DNA of 64,000 nt, from assembly GCF_001194135.2 (NCBI RefSeq), contig NC_069002.1:15008516-15072515 (forward strand), given 5' to 3'. The position numbers were made by a program, and so were the translations under genes. Shown here piece after piece: positions 36,601-49,072 of the stretch. The stretch's first letter is position 1; the number at the start of each line of letters is the position of its first letter. Below the pieces are notes generated by a model that was given only the letters and a program-made list of their open reading frames with translations, had not been told where the DNA came from and made no database searches. Source of the DNA: Octopus bimaculoides (taxonomy: Eukaryota).

Positions 36601-39600
36601 AGAATAAGTATTAGGTTTCAACAAAATAAGTCCTAAGGTTAATTTGTTCAAATAAAACCCTTCAAGGCAGTGCCCCAGCATGGCTGCAGTCAAAATATTG
36701 AAGCAAGTAAAAAGATAAAAAAAAAAGATAAAGAATGAATTAACTGTTAATTATGGTCAACAAAAAGCAAAGTATTGACCCATTAAAGTAGTTGACCTTC
36801 ACCCTATAAACTCAGTTCAAACAGAAAAGGATCTTCATCAATTTCTACAATGAATATTCAGTTGTTCAATCCACTGAACTACTTCCTGCTCACTGAATTA
36901 ATTCATAAGTGGCTGAGTATTCTTCCGACACATAATTCTCGAGCAGAATCAATCTGATGCAGTGTGTGACAAGACTAGACTTTTGAATTTCTTCTACAAT
37001 CTGTCTAACTGCCTAGTTTCACTCCTATGTATGGGTTGACCCAAAGCTATAGCAAAAGACACATGACCAGGTGGCAACATCATGAGATCAAACCCTGGAC
37101 CGTATGAATGTGAAGCAAATTTCTTTACTCTTTTACCATGCTGCATCAACTGACTCTCTTTTACTTGTTTCAGTCATTTGGCTGCAGCCATGCTGGAGCA
37201 CCGCCTGCCTTTAGTCGAGCAAATCGACCCCAGGACTTATTCTTTGTAAGCCTAGTACTTATTCTATCAGTCTTTTTTGCCGAATCGCTAAGTTACGGGG
37301 ATGTAAACACACCACCATCGGTTGTCAAGCAATGTTGGGGGGACAAACACAGACACACAAACATATACACACACACACATATATATATACAAATATACGA
37401 CAGGATTTTTTCAGTTTCTGTCTACTAAATCCACTCACAAGGCTTTGGTCATGCCGAGGCTATAGTAGAAGACACTTGCCCAAGGTACCACGCAATGGGA
37501 ATGAACCCGGAACCATGTGGTTGGTAAGCAAGCTACTTACCACACAGCCACTCCTGCGCCCGATGAAAAGAAAAAAAAAAAAAAGAATAGATTCACTTCT
37601 TAGAAATCTCAGCTTTCTTCATCAGTTACCATTGTTATTTGTAAAGGAAACTTGACAGTCAAATAAAACATTAAAAGTTTTTAATTACCGCCAGCTTTCG
37701 GAGAATTTATTTGGTTGTTTTGCCTTGATTGAGAGAACTTTAGAGTCAGGTGTTACATAGTCATTATCTTTAACACCATCAAAGTTTCCACACAAACCTG
37801 CCAAACAGAATGGAAATATGAAATAAAGTAAAAGAATATATTGCAAACGTTAATTTGAAAAACAACAATAATTTTTTAAATCTATGCCAAAATAGACATT
37901 GGAGCGCAATACAATCCTTGAACTCATTGGATTCTGTCAAACCATCTAACGAATGCCAGCATAAAACATGGACATTAAATGATGATGAGGATGATGATGA
38001 ATTAATTAATTGCTATGATTTTCAGCAAATAATGTTATGCTTTCAAGGTGAAATCAGTAATTATATCAGCTCATGCTAAAAATATCACACTGTTATATGA
38101 AATCAACCCTTTGTTTGTCCAAAGCATTTTCATATGTTTGTCCTAAATGTCCATGCTTATTTTCAAACTTTTCTGTGTTTCATACACTTTGAGTAATACA
38201 AAGCTTACCTTTCATAAGTCTCAAATTATTCTAGAGCAGTGATTCTCAACTGGGGTCCATATGGATTAACCATTAAGCAAAATAAGCATGTGCTTAGGGC
38301 ATCAAAGGAAGGGGGCACCACAAAAATGGTAAATGGTTTATGGCACAAAAGAAATCACTTTAAACTTGCTAAAATAGCATTCGAAGTGGTTTATATGATT
38401 GGAAATATAATTTTGAAGTGTTCATGGTGTCATAGCGAGGATTTGGTCAAAGTCTTTTCAATTAAAAAGAAGTAGGAGAAAACTTTTCAAATATAAATAA
38501 AATGGAAGTATACAAAAATAAACATTATTTTCCATTTTACTGTTAGTTTTATTTCATTTTGAAAAATAAGTATTTTTTTATGGTTTATTATTGCTTATAT
38601 TTTGAATTACATATATATGGAGGCACCAAAATATTTTAAGTGCTTAGGGCCTCTATGGGTCTTAAGCTGGCCATGGTTCTAGGGGTCATTTTATGAACCA
38701 TTTGGGTTAAGAGTTGCATCAGCTACCTACTTAATCATCATCGTCGTTTAACGTCCGCTTTCCATGCTAGCATGGGTTGGACGATTTGACTGAGGACTGG
38801 TGAAACCAGATGGCTACACCAGGCTCCAGTCTGATCTGGCAGAGTTTCTACAGCTGGATACCCTTCCTAATGCCAACCACTCAGAGAGTGTAATGGGTGC
38901 TTTTACGTGCCACCGGCACGAGGGCCAGTCAGGCGGTACTGGCAATGGCCACACTCAAAATGGTGGATTTTATGTGCCACCCGCACAAGAGCCAGTCCAG
39001 GGCACTGGTAATGATCTCGCTCGAAAGTCCTTACACATGCCGCGGGCACAAGTGCCAGAAAGGCGACGCTGGGCACTTAATAAATGTTATATTTCAGAAA
39101 AGCCATATTTAGAGTTTGAAATAGACTTTGGTTAAATAGTAAACACTTTAAAATTTACAAGGCAGGGAAACAGAGCAATTTATTCTCTGACTGTGTAAAT
39201 GAAAAATATATTTGTAATTGACTGAGATGATTTCTCTATGACTGTCACTCAGAATCCAATGATGATTGGTAGCAAATATGCCATGTTTTTGTTTATTGTC
39301 TTAGGTGTTCATATAGTTGTGAGTAGGGACAAGTACCCTTTGGTCGTTTTTACTCATGACCCTCTGGAAAATCCAGAATATGACAGCCAGAGAGGAGTAG
39401 CACCAGCACTGGGCAGGTGTTTTAAAATTTTTTGCTGACGCTGAAAGGATGAATGACGAAACCACCCTTGGTGGAATTTGAACATAGAGCACAAAGAACT
39501 GGAACAAATACTACAACACCTGGAGTAGAACAGTTCATAACAACATTGACCTCTGTCATGTGACAATAAGGGAGCATCTATAGAGTTAGTCTATCTGCTA

Positions 39601-41153
39601 GAAATAGCAAGTAATTTTGCTTCAAATCACATCCAATGCAAGGATACACTAGATAATAATATGATCCAGAGTGTACATGGTGTAAAAAAAAAAATTCAAA
39701 AAAACTGATGAGATGATCATAGCTTGAATGTATTTGCTTCATCTGGCCTGATCTGGGGTTAAACAACAACAGCAACAAGAATAAGAGAGACATATTATTC
39801 TTAGAAAAAAATTTAAGTAAAAGTATTAAACTTACCTTCCGTGTTTTTGTAATCAATCGGTGAGGCTTTTATCCAGACGTTAATGTAGTCAGATTTGCCA
39901 GATTTACTTTTTTCGGCAATCACATAAGTACCAATAGGTAAAACAACCTGGTCGTCAAAGAAAAAAAAAAAAAAACGGTTTATTTTTTCAATTGAGACAA
40001 TTCTTAAATTTGCTCAGATTTAGGATTAGAAACTTTGCTCCACAATTTTGTTGAAAGTGGGTTCAATTATATTGCCTAGTGGCACATACAACGAAAAGTT
40101 ATGGTTTATAGTGCACTTCATTAGAATATGCTATGCTTTATGAGACTGGACTGTGATTACCAGCATGAATGTCACACTTCAAAAAGTAGTTAACCATTAA
40201 ATGACTTTAGTAAATTTATATGGAAAAAGATGTGGAGGTGCAATAGCCCAGTGGTTAGGGCAGGAGACTTGCGGTCATAGGATCACAGTTTCGATTCCCA
40301 GACCGGGCGTTGTGAGTGTTTATTGAGCGAAAACACCTAAAGCTCCATGAGGCTCCGGCAGAGGATGATGGCAAACCCTGCTGTACTCTTTCACCACAAC
40401 TTTCTCTCGCTCTTTCTTCCTGTTTCTGTTGTGCCTGTAATTCAAAGGGTCAGCCTTGTCACACACTGTGTCACGCTGAATATCCCCGAGAACTACGTTA
40501 AGGGTGCACGTGTCTGTGGAGCGCTCAGCCACTTGCACGTTAATTTCACGAGCAGGCTGTTCCGTTGATTGGAATTAACTGGAACCCTCGACGTCATAAG
40601 CGACGGAGTGCCAACAACAACAACAACATGGAAAAAGTAAGCATTATACCATCCAGCATAAATAAAAGTCAACTTAATTATATTTAAGCCGTTATTTAAA
40701 CGAGTCAACTTTGGGTATGATTGTTTACATTTTGTACGTCTTTTTTACAGCAAAAAAATTTCTAAAAAAATTCTAGGAATGATCTACTCATGTAATTTAT
40801 GCACTCCTAAAGTTTATTTTCATTTTTGCTGCACACATATTTATACAACATAACCACTGCCAAGCAGTCACTCTAATGATATTGCTTCTCTAATAAATGG
40901 AGGGAGAAATGATCAGTGTGCAAAAGAGAAAAATAAAGAAAAATGAATGGGTTATTTTTCCTTGACCGTCAAAGGAAGATAGATGAATTATATCTGGACT
41001 CCTTCTAGGGGCCCTAGCCGTCCGATTATAGATTTTTATTAAACTGCAATGAGCTTAATAAGAAACTGGATGCTGGTATAAAATGTAGAAAAACTTTCAT
41101 CATGATTCGTTAACGGGTGTAGATGGCAACTTCACACAAACAAACAGACTGCC

Positions 41154-41231
<78 letters not shown>

Positions 41232-41290
41232 GAATATATGAATATATATATATATAAATATATATATACATATATACACATACGCATCTA

Positions 41291-41331
<41 letters not shown>

Positions 41332-41410
41332 GAATATATGAATATATATATATATAAATATATATATATATACATATATACACATACACATCTATATATG
41401 TGTATATATA

Positions 41411-41444
<34 letters not shown>

Positions 41445-44400
41445 CACACATGCACATATAGTGAGACAGTGACAGAAAGGGAAATTCTTTGTGTAACCAT
41501 ACCTTAATTTTCTTCCCACCATTGAGACGATAAATCTTAGTTCCTGGTGTAAGTTCTCCGTTCTGGTAGAGTGTAATGGTCAGAGTCTTTTTCTTAATTT
41601 TCAACGAAGATCCACACCTGTCAATCAGTATGACATCATCACCTGATCTCACTGCAACGGCACAGTTACAGGAGGCACGACCTTTACAGCTTCTGTAGAA
41701 TGCATTTACCTATAAGTGCATAACAGATGAAAAAAAACAACAAAACATTCAGCAATTGAACAGTAAATAAATAGACAGACTGACAGACATATAGATACAG
41801 AGAACAAGTTGCCTTTGAGTTTCAATTCTACAAGAAGACAACGACTAGTTTCTCTGGTATAGAGAATATATTACTGATGTCTTGGTTATGTATGAAGTGG
41901 CTCTTACTTTACCTTCATAACTTAGTCCAGTTTTTTTCATGTAAGACATTTCTTACCTCCTTTTATTATACTCTATTATTTGTAGCTGTGTTTAGATTGC
42001 AGTAAGCTCATTAAAAGAATTATGTGTGTGTGTGTGAGAGAGAGAGAGGGGGGGGGGAAAGAAAGAAAAGGAGAGAGAGCGAGTGAGAAAGGGAGAGAAA
42101 GGTAAGAAATGCAGAAAATGTATTACTCCTTCTGCATTTCTTGTTACTATATCACTCAAACACCACTCACAGGTTTGTCCAGTGCCATGATGGTTATTTT
42201 CAAACTTCATAAAACATAGGAGTGGAGTATAGAACTCTTTAATATATATATGTGTGTGTGTGATAAAACAAATGCACATTTATGCATAAAAAAAACGATA
42301 AATGTCGCCCTTTCAAAGCCTAGCCAGGCTCATGGGCCCGGTTTCCCGGTTTCTATTGCACCTCCACACATTTATGCATACATAGATAATATTCACCAAA
42401 TATTTTTAAAGAGTGAAATAAATCAACAATAAGAATAAACTTACGGCATATGGTAAACGCTTGTGGCGATAGAGAACAAATTCACCATGTTTGAAGTTGT
42501 CATAGACTCTGGAAAATTATATGAATAATATTTCAATTAAAGCAAAATAAATACTTCTAGCATTCAATGAAAAAACAAAAAAAAAACCAACAACAGCACA
42601 TTCTTTGAATTTCTTTTAGACTGAAATTATTTACATTTTAATTAATAAGTCATGAACTGTATTTTGCTGAAAATTTCTAAAAATAATGAAATAGTACTAT
42701 ACATGATTACCAGTAACTGAATTTTTTAGAACTTATTAAGTAAACAGGAAAAAGAAATTAATATTAAATTCCATGTTACTTTTCATTGAATTTCAATTTC
42801 AGATTTCTTATCCTGCTTTGAATTATGATGAAATGATTACCTCCCTTGTAATAGCTGTGACAGTCAGGTGGTGAAGATATGGCTTTCAAAGGTTAGTTTT
42901 TTGAACACCCTGGTCAAATATTGCCATTCTTCACAGCTATCATTTTAACTGGTTGCCATGCATGCATGCATACATGTATGTCATTATTCGGTTTTATTTC
43001 AAGAATCCAAGCTGAATGATAATGATGATGATAATAATAATAATAATAATAATAATATCGAAAAATACCTTAGGAATGAGAACCCAGGTTTGAAATTTCC
43101 CCAAAACACCTGATGAAGGCTGGAGGGTATATCAGCCGAAACATTGTGTTAACAACAAACAAGATGAGGACAAATATCCGTCAAATGTAAACAATGTACA
43201 TAATTCCTCATCTTTTAAATATAGAACTGTATTAATGCTATCAATCTCATCAATCTGTGAAGATTGATGACCAATGCTTCTTCCTTCAGAATCACCATGG
43301 TCTCAAAAAGGAGCTCAAATTTTATTTAAAAAAAAAAAACAAAGCAATAACAGTAATGTGTGTGCAATCCTAAAAAGTAGTGTATGCCACTGGTAGTAAC
43401 CAATCCTGGTGGCCCATTGAAGTAATCTCCAAAAGGTCACCAGGCTTGAAAAGAAAAGTTTATGCTTTATCAAATATATTTGAAACAATCACTGGAAAAT
43501 ATTTTACTTTTTATCAAATGTGGTTATGTGAGGATCATTGATCGATTTACAAATGCTTCTCTTGTCACGGTCGATGATTTTCAACTAGAAAGAAATAAAG
43601 GAATAGAGAAAAGAAAATAAGATTAAATATTGTAATCTGAACATTATTATTTCGTAGAGACAAATAGGGGAAACATGCATAAAACTAGTTTCAGGTTCCA
43701 GGTGTTTATTTATGGGTTTCTGATTCTGGCTCAGGTACTCATGTGTTGCCTGTCATAAAGAGTAAAGACCTCTTTCAGTTATGACTGACCATGGGATTGC
43801 ACCTAGAAAGTTACTCTCCGAGGCACAAGTACAGACAAGGCTGTTTATGGAAGACTAATGATTTTTCTCTGTTTATATATTTAACACAAAGTCAAAGGTA
43901 TGCTAACATACCAAATGCTGTGAGCGAAAAAGAAAAATTTAATCAATTGATTAAAACAGGGCATTTGAGGGCAGAGATGGGGTAGAATTACAGTGTGCTT
44001 TGTGATAATTTACATTCTGAGTTCAAATCTTGCCATATCCTACTTGAATGGCAGACTGAACTTTAGTAGAATTGGCTCAATTCTATTACTAGAATTAATT
44101 AGGTCTCCAGTTTGACAAACCCTTTCTTCTTCCTTTTCCCTTAGGGAATGAAAAGGGAAGTCACTAGAAGCAAGGCAAGTTTTTAACCCTTTAGCATTCA
44201 GATCATTCTGTTAAATGTCATACTTATTTATTCACATTATTTTGAATTACTCATGCACTATCTTGTAAGCTCTGAGATTTTGATGATGTAATTGTTTATT
44301 TTTAGAATAACATTGTAGTATAGGTGTGAGAGGCAAGATCTAACTGATTTTAACATAAAACAGGTTGAATATTTTGGCTGGTTATGGCCAGGACTGCTTA

Positions 44401-47400
44401 TAATATTCCTTCCTGGCATTGGCAGATAGTCTTGAATTTTGGAAAGACAGCCATTATTAGTTTTTATTGGATCTGTTATTCCATACTTTATTTTAATAAT
44501 CTCATTAAGATGACAATAAAGTAAATTAATTATGGCAGATTTTTCATCTTAGAACATAAAGCACTATCACTAAATGTCACAAGATACTCACTGTCCTGTA
44601 CTTTATTAAATCTGCCAATCCACCAGCCTAATTGTTTCTCACACGGGCACAAGGCCAGAAATATGTGGGAGAGAAGTTAATCAATTAAATTGAACCCCAA
44701 AACATGACTTGTATATTTTATTAACTCAGGATGAAGAAAGGTGAAGTTGGCCTTGATAAGATTCCAACATTTTCAGTTGCATCTAAAGATTTTATTACCT
44801 TCGTGCGCTCAGGTCAGCGGATCCGTTTCAAGAAAAAGAACAAGAAACTTCCTGTGAGAAATGAAAAGTGGAACGACTATTTGGAAGTGACTGCAGATTT
44901 GCCTGGGTGCCAGGCATTCTTTCCCATCCCAGTTACGGAAAAACCTGACATTTTAATGTGGTGTGAAAGATGGAAAGTTGTAAATCTAGTCGAGTTAACG
45001 GTTCCTCATGAAGATAATATGGACGTTGCGCAGGCTCGAAAGATGGACCGTTATGTAAACCTCGAGAAATGTGAAGACGCAGGCTGGAAAGTGGAGCATT
45101 TTCCAATCGAAGTTGGATGTAGAGGATTTGTAGGACACAGTGTGAGACGACTGCTGTTATCGTTAGGCCTAACTCATCGTAAGGTAAATACCACCATGAC
45201 CGATATCCAAAATACAGTGGAGAAGGCTAGCCACTGGATTTGGTTAAAAAGAGACGATGAGCGATGGCTAGAGAAATATTGAGCTTTGTTTTTAATAACC
45301 AGTTGATCTAGCAAGCGGGGCCTCATATCAGTGAGGGGGGCCAGTGCGCATTGATGCCGTTGAGAGGTAGGCCCCGAAACGGCGCACATTCTCTCCTGAT
45401 GACCCCATGCACTTGCTGGCTTCCGGTATGCGGAGTTCTCGACTGGTAGCACTTGCATGTGTGAGTTGTTTGCAAGACATCAGTTGCACACAAAGAGCAA
45501 TGAAAAGGAATTGCTTTGTGGAAGGACACAAATGTACCACTTGGTCCTTCTAGTCATGAGTCCAACACTTAATTGCTAAGCCATGTACCTTCATTGTGAA
45601 TCTAAAGTCAGAAATTCTTTCCTTCCTGCAGCAAAGTTATTTACTGATTTTTTTTTTTTTTTATATTTCATGGACAGAGATAACCAGTTAGCAAAAAGCA
45701 TTGCTAGTAAAATTTTGTAGATAGAAACTGTTTGGGACCTCTTTGGAAAGATTGTTCTTATTCTTAAATGCTGTACTTCATCTGACACTAAGTTAAACAT
45801 TAGCATTAGGCACTGGGCTGGTCACTGGTTGTCTTTAGTAGCATCACTTCCAGACCAAGTAACTTCTTCCTTTCCTCCACTAGACATGGAGACCCTAAAA
45901 GAAATCATGAGTAAAGCCTTTCTTCTTTGAAACTGTTGTTGTTGTTGGCACCCCGTCGCTTACGACGTCGAGGGTTCCAGTTGATCCGATCAACGGAACA
46001 GCCCGCTCATGAAATTAACGTGCAAGTGACTGAGCACTCCACAGACACGTGTTCCCTTAACGTAGTTCTCGTGGATATTCAGCATGACACAGTGTGACAA
46101 GGCTGACCCTTTGAATTACAAGCACAACAGAAACAGGAAGAAAGAGTGAGAGAAAGTTGTGGTGGAAGAGTACAGCAGGGTTCGCCACCATCCCCTGCCG
46201 GAGCCTCGTGGAGCTTTTAGGTGTTTTCGTTCAATAAACACTCACAACGCCCGGTCTGGGAATCGAAACCGCGATCTTATGACCGCGAGTCCTCTGCCCT
46301 AACCACTGGGCCATTGCGCCTCCACTCTTTGAAACTAAACCATTGAGAACAGAAACAATAAATAAAATAGAATCTCTTCTTTATACTAATTAAAGATAAT
46401 AAAAGCAAATAAATAGAAACCAATGCAAAACTTACATCTACAGAGCCAAGCGTTTTCTCCATCTCCACCGTTCCGTTAAACACAACTTGACCTGAAAGTA
46501 TAACAGTTCTTTTCTGAGTTTTATCTCGTAACCCATCTAAGGTTGCCATGATAGGGATCTTCAACACTTTGTTCCAGTTAATGTCTGTTATTGTATACAT
46601 GCAACCTTCATACTTTCCCTCAGAGTTAAACTGTGCACCAAACACTGCTTGGGGAATACTTTCAGTTCCACACTGAAATTCTTTGTAGCTTGCCAGCCAA
46701 GTTCTAATCTGTATAGTGCATTCAGAGGTGTTGTCATTGTTGTTGATGTTGGTGGTGGTGTTACATAATAGATATGGTGGTAAGTTGGACTGAACAGATA
46801 TAAATCCAGATGGGTCACCTTCAATTACTTTCATTTTACTCTCTTTAATCTGTAACAGAAGAAAAAGAAATGAGAATAAACAACAAACACACACACACAC
46901 CATGATTTAATGTCTAGAGTCCATGCTGGCATCAATAAAATGGTTTGAGGTATCAAATGCATTAAAGGACCACATCATAATTAGATGTCTGCCACATGGT
47001 TTCTCGGCGATCTTTCGGTACTAGTCCGCCATAACTTCCGGTCGTTGCGTGCACGCATACTGATTACATGATCGTATAGTGTATTTATGTGTTTAAAGTT
47101 TGAGAACTGTATGCATCTGAGGGGGAGAAGGTTTGAGTTTAGTGGGCCATTCATTGTTTTTTTCTATTTAATGTTGTCTTTTCATATTTTCAAGTCATTT
47201 AAAAACAAACGCACTATACGATAATGTAATCAGTATGCGTGCGCACAACGACCGGAAGTTATGGCGGACTAGTATCGAAAGGTCGCCAGTTTCTCTGACT
47301 GAATGCTCTTCTTTATGCCAACCTCCTAACAGAGCACATTGGGTGGTTCTTTTTTTCCATGGCACAAGCACTAGTTAAGATCTATTCATAACTTGTAAGG

Positions 47401-49041
47401 CTCAGAGCCTAAAACAGCCCCTATAAGTGAGTGAATATAGAAGAGAGAGTTGGGCATGATTTTAAGTGGAATGGTAGGGAACAGGAGAGAGAAAAGAAAG
47501 AGTATTAGAGTAGAAGAATACCGTCTTTCAGAGATGCTGTTCCACTTTTGAAGCACCCATGCCACTTAAAACATTGTGTGTGACCCCTTCCCTCATTACT
47601 GAAGCATGCTCAATGTCCCTGTAGGAGACTTCTGAAGTTTAATACAAAATTTCACATTGGCTCTTTGTTTCAGTTTCCTGTCCATGACAAAAATCACTGT
47701 TTACAGCATACATGTGATTACAAAAAACACAAATTTCACAGCTCACCAAATAAACACAGTGATGTCACTTGGCACACTGTCTCATGAAGATCACAGCTAG
47801 CTCTCATTGCACATGCAATCATGTGCTGCTATCTGCTGCCATACTACAGAAGTAGTCAGGGAACTTTTCAATACCACCTCATACATGCAGTTGCAGTCTC
47901 CACAATTATTGCATTTTCTTTGCTAATGATATACCTCCAGAATGTGCAGTGAAACTTCAAATATTGCCTTTGGCTAACAGGTCCATTTTCTAGTCATTGG
48001 CCCTCGTGCTGGTGGCACGTAAAAAGCACCCACTACACTCTCTGAGTGGTTGGCATTACGAAGGGCATCCAGCTGTAGAAACTCTGCCAAATCAGATTGG
48101 AGCCTGGTGTAGCCATCTGGTTTCACCAGTCCTCAGTCAAATCGTCCAACCCATGCTATCATGGAAAGCGGATGTTTATCGACGACGACGACAATAGGTA
48201 GGTAGAAATTGTGTAGAAGCTTGTATGAAGTTTATGTGTTCTAGGGAGGCCAACTTAATTCAATGTCTGGTTTAATGTCAGGACCTGGTTCTTGGACACT
48301 TAGTCAGAGTTTACTCTATTGTCTGTATTCAGACTAAATTATCCAATCAAAAGATAATGCAGTATTCTGATTAGCTGCTTCCTCCCGAAGCAAATTAGGA
48401 CCCTTGGCTCCTTTGTCCTTTCTTTTCAACTGCATCAGTCTCAGAGGCCCAACTCAAATATTCACGGTTGAAACTCTTCTTACTCTGACTAAACTATAAA
48501 TAAAAAGAAAAAGAAGAAAAAAAACTTACAGTAATTTCAGCAGAAAATGGTTTACTTGTTCTTTCAGGACCATAGATGAAACTGCAGTTTGATGACTTGC
48601 AAGCTTTCACTCCACATTTGATCTAGAAAATAAATACACGAGATATTTTAAATGAAATTATCTTAATTAACCAAGCATTTAGCTACAAAATACAATTATT
48701 AAAAATCATTTCAGACACCAGGGTTGTGAAACCAAAAGAACCAAAATTATTGACCCCGTAATCATAAATTCAGTTATTGATTTGTATTTTAACTGCTTAC
48801 TTTAGAATTAGGGAAGTGAAGAGTTTAGTTATGGCTTCGCTCATACTTGAATGAGTAATGGCAGAAAATAGAGTTAGGCGCAGGAGTGGCTGTGTGGTAA
48901 GTAGCTTGCTTACCAACCATATGGTTCTGGGTTCATTCCCACTGCGTGGCACCTTGGGTAAGTGTCTTCTACTATAGCCTCGAGCTAACCAAAGCCTTGT
49001 GAGTGGATTTGGTAGACGGAAACTGAAAGAAGCCCGTCGTA

Positions 49042-49072
<31 letters not shown>

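Noticed and set aside
37590-37630. CTGATGA AGAAA..TTTCT hairpin on the minus strand
   Set aside because: Good stem II, but no GAAA, NUH or stem I follows; probably chance.
38788-38850. CTGAGGA-CTGGT-GAAAC in family C copies as a hammerhead
   Set aside because: Only 5 nt between the core halves (no stem II) and no stem I complement; the motif is antisense to the element's own polarity.
40316-40568. Recurrent short ORFs such as MFIERKHLK.. and [10 protein letters not shown]..
   Set aside because: Translations of SINE/retroposon copies; the same text recurs at each copy with random stops.
45370-45410. GAAAC...CTGATGA in the HERO 3' UTR as a type II hammerhead
   Set aside because: 16 nt cannot hold stems III and I, and the would-be stem II strands (GGCCCC/CCCC) are not complementary.
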